From Octopus vulgaris (Eukaryota), in NCBI GenBank assembly GCA_951406725.2, contig OX597823.1, forward strand, positions 61,194,001 to 61,258,000: 64,000 bases of DNA, read 5' to 3'. This document shows positions 36,124 to 46,753 of this stretch, piece after piece. The notes under the pieces are model-generated. The model had not been told where the DNA came from and did not search any database. It saw only the letters and a program-made list of their open reading frames with translations. Positions within the stretch are counted from its first letter, which is position 1, and each line of letters opens with the position of its first letter. The translations under genes and the position numbers were made by a program.

Positions 36124-39100
36124 CCAGTTCCAGCCTATGAGCTGTGGCCATGCTGGGGCACCGCCATTTGGTGTTGCTACTTGGTTTTACTTCATGGGGG
36201 CTTTCTAGCAACTGCTATTTGGTGCATGAGAGAGTTCGATGCAGCTGCCCTCATCTGCCCCTCCTGCCGTGAAGTTGGTTCATCTGGGACACCAGACAGG
36301 AAGAGATCCAGCTTCATTTTAAAGACATCTGTATCCACCCCATGCAGGTCTCTCAGGTTCTTCGGGAGGATATTGAAGAGCTGTGGGCCTCGGAAGCCCA
36401 GGCTATCACAGAATCTTGTCCTACATCTTGATGGCAGGTTTGGAGTCCTAGGCACCACGCAGTGGCGCCCAGTTCTGGCATTTGTGTAACTCTCGATGCC
36501 AAAGTTCAGGACACTTCCCTCCAGGATCTTCCAGATGTATATTATGGCATATCTTTCCCGCCTACGCTCCAGGGAGTATAATTTTAATCTCTTGAGTCTT
36601 TCCCAGTAGCTTACATTCTGCATAGAGGCTATCTTCTTTGTGTAGCTTCGTTGGATCGCCTCAAGTTCTGTGATCAACTTGACACTGGATGGTGACCATA
36701 GCTGAGAGCAATAGTCAAAGTGGCTTAGGACAAGTGTCTTCCAGAGGACCATCATGGTTTCTTGTTCTCTTGTTCTAAAGGTTCTAAGAATCCAGCCAGC
36801 CAGCCGTCTACATTTCACTGTCAGTTTAGCAACATGTACATGAAAGGTCGCGTCATCACTCATGTGAATACCCAGGTCACGCACTGATTGTGCCTCTGGG
36901 ATTGCAATCCCTCCGGGTCCAGTGTATTCGTTGGGTATTGCATTCAGTTTTGCATGCTGATAGTATAAAGCTTGAAACTTTCCAGCATTGAACTGCATGC
37001 TATTCTTTTCAGCCCACTTGTATATTTCGTCCAGCTCACATTGCAGGTTTTTAGTGTCCTCAGGGTTCTGTATTGCCTGTGAAACTTTTGTATCATCTGC
37101 ATAACTTGTGATCGTGGATCTCTGCGTGGCTGAGGGCATGTCTGAGAGGGCCATTATGAACAGTAGTGGTCCCAAAACAGTGCCCTGTGGAACACCACTC
37201 ATTATTTGCGTGTTAATGGAAGTGGCCCCATTGGCTACTACCACCTGACTTCTATTCTTCAGAAAGTCGTGAAGCCATTCTCCTAGTTTTCCAACTATGC
37301 CAAGATCACGCAACCTGTGACATATCATTCCGTGATCGACTTTATCGAAGGCCTTTGCGAAGTCGAGATATATGACTTCCACATTTGAGTGGTTGAGCAG
37401 TTGTTTCAGCACCCAGTCATAGTGCTGCAGGAGCTGAGTTAAGCAGCTTCTTCCTGGTCGGAAACCATGTTGGGTGTCAGGCAGCAAGTCATTTTCTTCA
37501 AGGAAGGTGATTAGTTTCCTTCTGACTATTCGTTCCATGACCTTGCTGATGTGTGAGGTCAGAGAGATAGGTCTGTAGTTCTTTGCCTCCGCTCTGCTAC
37601 CTCCTTTATGAATAGGGCATATTTTACCTTCCTTCAGTCCCCTTGGAAGTTTGCCAGCTGCAAGGAAGCTCTGAAAGAGGGACTGCAGTGGTCTTGCTAA
37701 GACTCTCTTACATACTTTTAGGAGGATTGCCGGGAATCCATCGGGGCCAGTAGCTGAGTCTATTTTCATTTCATCTATAGCCTTTATTACATCGTCTTCC
37801 TTTATCTCGATGTAACTTATCGTCGCCGCCTCTGATTCTATATCTGCAGTGGTAAAGAAGTCAGTTGGATTGCTGATTTGGAAATGCCCAAGGGGTGGAG
37901 TGAAAACACTCTTGAATTGTTCATTCAGTATTTCACTTACCCTCATTGGTTTTCCTGTGAGTGTGCCATCCTTTTCAAGGAGTGGCCCTATCCTACAGTG
38001 CACTGTAGCCGTTTCTTTGGCATACCTGTAGAAAGCTCTGGGGTTAGTTTTTATGTTGTCTATAGCCCAGGCTTCTTTGTCTGCTCTTTCCTTCTCATGG
38101 GAAAGTTGCAGACAATTTTCAATTTCCAACAGTTTTATTTTCAGGCGGGACTTTTCACTACTTTCAATTTGTTTGTTTAGGCGATTTGAAATTTTTGTAC
38201 GCCGTCTCATTAAAATTTTCCTCTCTCTGGGGATTTTGTTCTTGTGTACAGTGGCCTTTCTCTCTGGGACACATTTGTAGCATATGGCTTGCATTACAGA
38301 CATGAATTGTTGAAGTATCATGTCGATGTCCGGCGAGGAGAGACATTCAGGCCAGTTTTGTTTGAGGATCTCTTTCTCAATTTGTTTCCAGTTTGCCTTA
38401 TTGAAGTTCAAGCTGGAAAGATTCTGAGGGTTTCTTGTAGGCTGCATGTCCGTGCTCTCTTTTGGCCCGTACATGGTCAGCTCTACCATGTTGTGATCCG
38501 AGAGTAGTGTCGGTGTCACTTTCACATTATGGATGAGATCCATATTATTTGTGAAGCAGAGATCCAGTGTGTTACCTGCTCTGGTTGGTTGCAGTACTAC
38601 TTGCTCCATGTACAGGGTGTTGGTGAGGTTCAGGAGGGACCTCGCCTGTCCTCGTTCACATCTTGTCATTCCTGGGAGAGAAAGGCCCTCGGGCCATCTG
38701 ACATTCGGTAGATTGAAGTCTCCCATGAGAAGTACACTTATGTGTTGGTCTAATGTGGTTAGAACTTCTTCTATTTTTATAAGGCAGTCTTCGAACTTGC
38801 CCACATGGCTTGGGGCATCTGGAGGGCGATATGTAGCACACACAACTACATCAAGTTGCCTAATATGTACAATTAGTGTGTCACACACCGAGTTTGAGTA
38901 TGACAAAAGGACCTGGGGTGTGAGGTCCCCACGGATGTACATAGCAACTCCTCCATGACTCCTTTCTTTCCTGTCGGTCCGTAGTACAACATACTGTGGT
39001 ATGTGTAATTCCGCATCTGCTATGTCCGGTTTCAGATGCGTTTCTGTGAGTGCTATGCATAAGGCTTGATTGCATGCGACAAAGTCTCTCAGGAACGGGA

Positions 39101-39367
39101 CTTTTGTCCTGTTACTGTGTGTTAGTAAACCTCTGATGTTCAGTAGGAGCATCGAGGTGAGGTGTATGCTGTTGCCGGCGTTGTCCACCCTGGGTCCATC
39201 TGCTGTGGCGGTCTTGTGAACTGTGGGCAGTTCCATCTGCGAGCCTGAGCCTGATGGAGCCAGGTTAGCTGCTGTACAATCTTTTGTGCCATGCACAAAA
39301 AAGATTCCTGCTCAGCAGCTGCCCTTTCAACAACACGTTGGTGGTTTGTGGTACGCACCACATCTGC
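36091..39367 (-). mobile_element. 5'-truncated CR1/L2-group LINE with intact ORF2 and (AATC)n tail
   Basis: ORF2 intact; short 3' UTR 36124-36191; tail (TGAT)n on + at 36091-36123; inserted in a TA-rich microsatellite; no clean TSD. Confidence 0.92.
36192..39296 (-). CDS. CR1/L2-group ORF2: APE endonuclease + reverse transcriptase
   Basis: LLNIRGL, ALTETHL, YRPP, GDFNLP, PTRAGNTLDL, SDH; NYRPISLTS, QHGFRPGRSC, YLDFAKAFDKVDH, SGVPQGTVLGPLLF, YADD; CR1-like C-terminus RDLG, YCSQLWSP, LYSLERRRER. Confidence 0.96.
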   Translation of the reverse strand: MHGTKDCTAANLAPSGSGSQMELPTVHKTATADGPRVDNAGNSIHLTSMLLLNIRGLLTHSNRTKVPFLRDFVACNQALCIALTETHLKPDIADAELHIPQYVVLRTDRKERSHGGVAMYIRGDLTPQVLLSYSNSVCDTLIVHIRQLDVVVCATYRPPDAPSHVGKFEDCLIKIEEVLTTLDQHISVLLMGDFNLPNVRWPEGLSLPGMTRCERGQARSLLNLTNTLYMEQVVLQPTRAGNTLDLCFTNNMDLIHNVKVTPTLLSDHNMVELTMYGPKESTDMQPTRNPQNLSSLNFNKANWKQIEKEILKQNWPECLSSPDIDMILQQFMSVMQAICYKCVPERKATVHKNKIPRERKILMRRRTKISNRLNKQIESSEKSRLKIKLLEIENCLQLSHEKERADKEAWAIDNIKTNPRAFYRYAKETATVHCRIGPLLEKDGTLTGKPMRVSEILNEQFKSVFTPPLGHFQISNPTDFFTTADIESEAATISYIEIKEDDVIKAIDEMKIDSATGPDGFPAILLKVCKRVLARPLQSLFQSFLAAGKLPRGLKEGKICPIHKGGSRAEAKNYRPISLTSHISKVMERIVRRKLITFLEENDLLPDTQHGFRPGRSCLTQLLQHYDWVLKQLLNHSNVEVIYLDFAKAFDKVDHGMICHRLRDLGIVGKLGEWLHDFLKNRSQVVVANGATSINTQIMSGVPQGTVLGPLLFIMALSDMPSATQRSTITSYADDTKVSQAIQNPEDTKNLQCELDEIYKWAEKNSMQFNAGKFQALYYQHAKLNAIPNEYTGPGGIAIPEAQSVRDLGIHMSDDATFHVHVAKLTVKCRRLAGWILRTFRTREQETMMVLWKTLVLSHFDYCSQLWSPSSVKLITELEAIQRSYTKKIASMQNVSYWERLKRLKLYSLERRRERYAIIYIWKILEGSVLNFGIESYTNARTGRHCVVPRTPNLPSRCRTRFCDSLGFRGPQLFNILPKNLRDLHGVDTDVFKMKLDLFLSGVPDEPTSRQEGQMRAAASNSLMHQIAVARKPP

Positions 39368-39808
39368 GTATATATACACACATATATATACACACATACA
39401 CATATACATATATATATATATGTTATATACGTATATCTGTATTTGTGAGTTTGTGTTTGGTCTCCCACCACTGCTTGACAACCGATGCTGGTGGGTTTAT
39501 GTTCCTGCAACTTAGTGGTTCAGCAAAAGAGACCATCAGAATAAGTACCAGGTTTTAAAAACATATGTACTGGAGTCAATTTGTTCGACTACAATGATGG
39601 AGACAAGTAAAAGATAAAAGATAAAGGTAAAATAAATAAATAAATAAATAAATAAATTGATATTTGTAAAGGCATGCCTGTGTGGGTAAGAAACTCATTT
39701 TGCAACTACAAGGTTTTGGGTTCAGTTCTACCACACTGGGCCAACCAATGCCTTGTAAGTGAATTGAGAAAATAAATACTATGTAGAAGCCTATAGCATA
39801 TATATATG

Positions 39809-40721
39809 CAGGGTGGGTGAAAAGTAAGTAGGCATTGAAAATTGGGAATAAGATCCATGTTCCTTTTACAAATTTATTGAAACAAATGATGTATGTTCTT
39901 TATTATATGGGAAAATGTAAGTAAATCTTCATATTTCAACATAAGCACTGGTGGTGTCAACTAGTTTCCTCAAACAACCATGGATGGAATAAATAACCTT
40001 CTGAAGGACGTCATCTGGGATATCATTAAGAACCTCCTGAATCTGTGTTTCCAAGTCCTCTAGTGTGCAAGATTTTGTCTCATACACGTCCTCTTTTGTG
40101 TAACTCCACAGGTAAAATATCAAATGGAGTGAGATCTGCACTTCTTGGAGTTCTGGACTTCTGGACTTCTGCAGTCACAGTCTTCAGGTTTTAGCTCCTG
40201 CACCTAACAGGGGTTTCCATGGATGGGAGTTCAATTCTTTATGCGACACCATATGTACTGCGTGTCTTGTTAGTCCACTTTCACGAGCCGCTTGACATGT
40301 TAATTTTGCGAGCTGCAATTAAACATTTCTTGCACTGTTACTATTTTCTCCCCTGATCGGGATGTGGTTGGACGGCCACTTCTTCTTGCATCATTCACAG
40401 AGCCCGTGGTCATCAGCTCTTTGCATGACAACTTTTTATCATCTTTGGATGTTGTGTTGCATGCTTACCTTTCTATGCACGCCACCATCTCTGAACCAAA
40501 ACAATGAAATTCCACACTTCATAGCATGCTGCTATCGTAGCTTGCTCCTGAACAGTCAAGTGAACGGACATCTGGAAAATAAGAAATAAGAAGTAAGGCA
40601 AAACCAAAATAACAAATCTCCATTACTGTTGTCTATTTAAAGAATGTTTTCCTCATGACTTCAGTGATGCTAAAATTTCTATAAGCAATTTCTAATGCCT
40701 AGTTACTTTCCAGCCACCCTG
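39809..40721 (-). mobile_element. Internally deleted Tc1/mariner-superfamily DNA transposon
   Basis: ~36-bp imperfect TIRs CAGGGTGG.TG.AAAGTAA.TAGGCATT..AAATTG; TA on the right flank; transposase C-terminal remnant (RSADLTP...YLWSYTKEDVY...TLEDL...I) at 39929-40150. Confidence 0.85.
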
Positions 40722-40729
40722 TATACATA

Positions 40730-40765
<36 letters not shown>

Positions 40766-41229
40766 TATACACATACATTTACATACATACATACATATAT
40801 ATATATAAGGATAAGATCGTTAATTTAAAAATAAAACAACGATTTTATCAAGTGGTCAGCATGGAAAAAATAACCTTCAAAGGTAATAATTATTAAAATT
40901 ATAAATTAGGGTATCTACGAGATACGACCATGCTGAAAACAGCAGCCATGATCTGACTCTAAAACCACCTTAAGTGTCCATATATCGACATGGAGAGAAA
41001 ACAAAGAGACAAGATGAAACTAGTAAATAAATTCCTGGATAATTCTAGATCCTGGATTTCTGGATTTGCATTTAGTAATGCTTTGCTTTGTCATTAGAAT
41101 ACACACAGAAGAGAAACATAAATACATATATATAAGCACAACATACGAATACTTACATATATGAACGTATGCCTACATATATATGCACGTCACAGGATGA
41201 TTTATGGAAAAACAAAATGTTGGGGACAT

Positions 41230-41272
<43 letters not shown>

Positions 41273-41299
41273 TCCTAGCTGCTTACCCAATGTGAAAAC

Positions 41300-41495
41300 A
41301 TCATCGTCGTCATCATCCTTTCACGTTCATTTTCCATGCTTGCATGGGTTAGATGGTTTGACTAGTTTAGATGATTTAAATCGGAGAAATGCATCAGGTT
41401 CCAGTGTGATTTTGGCTTGGTTTCTACAGCCAGATGCCCTTCCAAATGCCAACCACTCTGAGAGTGTAGTGGGTGACTTTTACATGCCACTGACA
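41300..41495 (-). mobile_element. RTE 3'-end fragment with (GAT)n tail
   Basis: Reverse-complement homology to 15940-16128; weaker similar fragments at ~7185-7350, ~20440-20555 and ~44980-45150. Confidence 0.85.
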
Positions 41496-42620
41496 TGGAT
41501 TCTATTAGATGTCACCTCACCAGCACTAACCCCAGCAACGATTTCACTTGCGTTGATGAATCTTCTCAAGCAGAGCAAATTCCCAAAGGTCATGATCAGT
41601 TGTCATCGCTTCTGTGAGACTCTACATTCGAAGATCATGCTGCTCCACTTTGGCCCACGTCTTCTTGGCTTTACCTCTTTCACACGTTCAGAGATAAACA
41701 CACCCACACATGTACATGCACACACACACACATACACTCACACAAACACATTCACACACACACACACATGCAAATACAGTCACCAACACACACTCACACA
41801 AACACACATTCACACTCACACACACACACACACACACACAAAAATACAGAGTCACACACGCACACAAACACACATTTACACTCACACACACACACACACA
41901 CAAATACAGAGTCACACACACACACTCACACAAACACACATTCACTCACACACACACACACACGCGTGCGCACACACACAATGTGTGTAGATATTTTATT
42001 CAGGGGAGAGAGAGAGTGTGTGTGTGTTCTTTGGCAAGTATAGTGACTGAACTAAGGTAATATCTTAAGTGAAGTGAATGGCAATTACTGATTACTGATC
42101 AACTAGACTTCACTGAAGTAAATAACTAGAAATATAATGATACATATCCATACCCAAACACACAAACTCACACACACACACACACACACACACGTGCACA
42201 CAAACATGCACATAAACATAACTACAAAATTATACACAGGTGCAGGCAAGACACTGTGAGACAGCCTCCTTAATGTAAGTGGCATGATAATATGCACAAA
42301 TTCATGTAGAATATTTGGAAGAGTATCCGGGTGTAAAAAAAACTATCTAAGCTTAAATCATGACAGTAAAATCAATAAAAAAAAAATGTAACTGTTACAC
42401 AGACCTCTCGCTTTCTCTCACCTTTCTAGCTATCTATTTATATATATGTGTATATATACATATATATTCACTCACAAGCACACCAATATACACAAGGTCA
42501 TGTGTTTGCATGAAAATATTTAGAGCACATCTTACATGTAGTAGAATAAAAGATATAAACTTTAGAGACTAAAAACATATATTTCACATTTCATGGGTAT
42601 TTGACAAACTGGTTTTGCTT

Positions 42621-42677
42621 GTCAACTGATGAGTGCTTGATATTATCAGCTAAGCATGAAATGTATGATATATTGTC
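42621..42677 (+). ncRNA. Candidate type I hammerhead ribozyme (partly degenerate)
   Basis: GTCAA-CTGATGA-GTGCTT..AAGCAT-GAA-ATGT atg ATAT-A-TTGTC: 6-bp stem II, 4-bp stem III, AUA triplet, stem I with 4 of 5 pairs. Confidence 0.55.
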
Positions 42678-42707
42678 ATTGCTAACAAACTATATATATA
42701 TATATAA

Positions 42708-42738
<31 letters not shown>

Positions 42739-42774
42739 TGAGGGAATATATATATATATATGATAAATAATTAG

Positions 42775-42920
42775 GCGCGGGCATGGCTGTGTAGTTAAGG
42801 AGCTTGCTTCTTAGCTATATGGTTTCGGGTTCAGTCCCACTGCGTGGCACTTTGGGTAGGTGTCTTCCACTATAGCCCCGAGCTGACCGGAGCTTTGTGA
42901 TTGAATTCGGTAGGTGGAAG
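42775..42920 (+). mobile_element. SINE family A, 5' part
   Basis: GGCGCGGGCATGGCTGTG...GGTTCAGTCCCACTGCGTGGCAC. Confidence 0.8.
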
Positions 42921-43214
42921 TTACTGCCATGTGTGTATGTGTGCGTATAGCTCCTCAGTGCCTCTCCGAAAGAGAGAGAGGGAATAATATCTGGGTAAGA
43001 AAAATTTTAGAAATTTTTACTACCAGTGGCATAGCGTGGAGAAAAATTAGTCAATAGACTATATATTATTCATATAAATATAGTGTACATTTAAACAAAT
43101 AAGAGGTATCCATCATAGGATACCTGGCATGCTAGAAGGAATAACCAAAATCCAAACCGCTATTAGGGATAAATTTCGAAGGGAATGAAAAATAAAAACA
43201 TTTACCATCTATCT

Positions 43215-43284
43215 CCTGGACCATGGTTTCTGACTCTATATTAGCAAATGAAATAATTTGCTAGGCGAAGTCTTCATCAGCAGG
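43215..43284 (-). ncRNA. Candidate minimal type I hammerhead ribozyme
   Basis: Minus strand: CCTG-CTGATGA-aGACT...AGTCa-GAAAC-CATG-GTC-CAGG. Perfect stem I and palindromic stem III ACCATGGT; A/A mismatch at the base of stem II. Confidence 0.7.
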
Positions 43285-43464
43285 TACATCTAGATTATAC
43301 ATATAAGTACGAAGCAATCCAGCATATGCCCCATATATTATAATATATATTATAATTTTTCAAATCCACTGCACAAGCGCAGTTTTCTGTCACACACACA
43401 TACATATATATACGTATGTATGTGTGTGTGTGTATGTATGCATGTATGCATATCTATCTACCTA

Positions 43465-43558
<94 letters not shown>

Positions 43559-43583
43559 TAAAACAGATTAGGAGATCGAAAAT

Positions 43584-43626
43584 CCACCTGACGAATGTCA
43601 TTGAAGACATGAAACGATTGTAGTGG
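43584..43626 (+). ncRNA. Minimal type I hammerhead ribozyme, apparently intact
   Basis: CCAC-CTGACGA-ATGTC attgaa GACAT-GAAAC gatt GTA-GTGG: all core nucleotides, 4-bp stem I, 5-bp stem II, 2-bp stem III. Confidence 0.8.
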
Positions 43627-43711
43627 CGGTTTATTTCTTTATATTAAAAATTTTTATGTATTGATTAAGTCTTTCCTTGTTTGTATTGCAAAATAGTGGT
43701 TTTGTCTCGAA

Positions 43712-43760
<49 letters not shown>

Positions 43761-43809
43761 TATATGTATATATGTGTATATATATATGTGTGTATATGTG
43801 TGTGTATCA

Positions 43810-43867
<58 letters not shown>

Positions 43868-43897
43868 GTGTATATATATATATATGTGTGTATATAT

Positions 43898-43940
<43 letters not shown>

Positions 43941-44374
43941 ATATTTACATACACACACACATATATATAATATTTACATACACATAAAAGCACACACATG
44001 TATAAATATGTTTTGTGTGATATATATCCACATATTCCAGATGACAGGAACACCATTAGAAAGATTTGTCTCTTGTCTCAGTTCACAGAGTCTGCCTTTC
44101 TGGTTTGCAATTCTAGTCTCTGCTGCTGAAGAGGAAATAATCACTCTGAAATGCATGCATCAGCTATTCTGGTTAGAGAGCGATGTGAACTGACTCAGTG
44201 TACATTTACACCTGTTTGTCTACAGTGAGAAATTTTCTTCATAGAATAATATAGTTACTGACTTTCTTATGGGTTCAAATATGCCTTAAGTATATTTGAA
44301 CTGGTAAATAGGCTTGTATATATGTGTGTGTGTGTTTTCTGTGTTTTGCGTGTGTGTTTGTATTCTTTTATTTT

Positions 44375-44778
44375 TTTCTTTTACTTGTTTCAGTCATTTG
44401 ACTGCAGCCAAACTGGAGCACTGCCTTCGAGGGTTTTAGTCAAACAAATTGACCCCAGGGCTTATTTTTTAAGCCTAGCACTTATTATATTGTTTTTTTT
44501 TTCCAAACTGCTAAGTTACGGGGACATAAACACACCAATACCAGCTGTCAAGCGGTGATGGGAGGATGAATACAGACAGACAGAAACACACACACACGTG
44601 CACACACACACGCATACACACGATGGGTTGCTTTCAGTTTCTGTCTACCAAATACTATATACTATATAGTATAGTACAAATACTATATAGTAGAATACAC
44701 TTGCCCAAGATGCCATGCAATGAGACTGAACCTGAAACCATGTGGTTGTGAAGCAAACTTCTCACAGCCACACCTGCA
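44375..44778 (-). mobile_element. SINE family A (diverged)
   Basis: Reverse-complement homology to 31535-31950; part of the head is replaced by a TACTATATAGTA palindromic patch at ~44653-44692. Confidence 0.82.
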
Positions 44779-45114
44779 CATGTATACATGTGTTTGTGTG
44801 CCTTTATCGTGACGCCCCGCATTGGTTGTAAATAAACATCATCATAATCATCACACAATCAGATGTGTTCTTTTTTTTTTTTCTTGTTTGCAATCTTCCG
44901 TGAAAACATGTCCAGCTATCTGTACTATTCATGTGTAAAAGACAAGTAGGAATATTACACTGCTTGGGAACAGATGAGATTTAGTGACAGGCAGAGCATC
45001 CAACCATGGAAAGAATCTGCTTCAGTGAATTTTGTCTGGCTCAAAGAAACATGGAAAAGTGAATGTTAAAATGATGAGGATGATGATGATGGGGATAGTG
45101 ATGATGACGACGAC

Positions 45115-45151
<37 letters not shown>

Positions 45152-45335
45152 ATGACTTAGTGAAAAGTATGCCAGACTGCCAACAACGATGTTATTGGCT
45201 CATACCTTGTCTGAGATATGTATATTTATATACATACATTCATATATATGTGTGTGTGAGTGTGTGTGAGTGTGTGTATATATATATATATGTATGTATA
45301 TATATATATTATATATGTACATACATATACATATA

Positions 45336-45427
<92 letters not shown>

Positions 45428-45447
45428 TAGATAGATAGATAGATACG

Positions 45448-45481
<34 letters not shown>

Positions 45482-45559
45482 CATACATATATATATGCAC
45501 ACATACATGCATATATGTGTGTGTGTAAGAGAGTGAAACGCTCTTTACTGTTGGCTCAT

Positions 45560-45594
45560 TGACCTGATAACCCGATGACCTAATGACCTAGTTG
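45560..45594 (-). promoter_or_regulatory. Cluster of AGGTCA nuclear-receptor half-sites, RevDR2/RORE-like
   Basis: Minus strand: CAACT AGGTCA TT AGGTCA TC GGGTTA TC AGGTCA, an 8-bp period. Function not shown. Confidence 0.4.
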
Positions 45595-46049
45595 ATTTTG
45601 TGACTGATCACCTTTGCATATTCAAGTCTGGGGTGTGCAAGTGTACACATGCGTATACATACTGATATATTCTTATGTATTTAAATGTGTGCCGTATGTA
45701 TTAAACTGATCAATAGAAATATGTGGAGAAGACAGCGGTGGGTTTGGTGTGTGAGCGTGTATATGTGTGTGTGTGAGTGTGTGTGTGCGTGTGTGTGTGG
45801 GCATTTTTGTATGCTTGTAGCTGTGAAGCCTGTCTTAGGTATCTGAGCGGATATTAGCATTCTTTGGTGGATATGAAGCAGAAGAAGGAAAGAGTTCTGA
45901 GCACACATCCATCCAACCAAATTTACATACATACAGATACATACATGCATATATATGTGTATATATATATATATATATACACATATATACACATATATAC
46001 AAACACACATACAATATAACTATATGCATACACATGCAATATATCTATC

Positions 46050-46092
<43 letters not shown>

Positions 46093-46459
46093 ATATATAT
46101 ATATATATATATATGCAAGCTCATATATCTATAAACATACATATATATATATATATATACACATACATGCTCATATATATATATATATATGTATGTATAT
46201 ATATATATATACACATGTACACACACACACATGTAAACAAATATAGATACACACACACACATATATACACATACACATAGACACACATACTTTAAAATAA
46301 AAGCATCAAGGAATATGTAAATAACTCTTCTATAAAAGTCGTATCTTGAATACATTTGAGATGCAACATTTATAGATTTATTTACTTATATATTTATGCA
46401 CACGCTATTCACACACATATGTAGATATATGCATACATATATATATATACATACATAAT

Positions 46460-46548
<89 letters not shown>

Positions 46549-46581
46549 TTTTTATTAAAGCTGCAAAAACATCACGTAGAT

Positions 46582-46619
46582 CTGTGACTCAGAGTTTCAC
46601 ATTTCCGTTCGTCAGAGAG
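46582..46619 (-). ncRNA. Degenerate minimal hammerhead motif
   Basis: Minus strand: CTCT-CTGACGA-ACG gaaa TGT-GAAAC tctga GTC-ACAG; one mismatch in stem I. Confidence 0.55.
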
Positions 46620-46753
46620 TTGTTAAATTATTATGGCACATGTAATATATGATTTGATATATTCCAATTTAACAAATAAGCATTTGAATTTGATTGAGTA
46701 ATTTATTTTCAAAATATAAATGGTGCTGTATATGCTAATTATTACTTTATATA

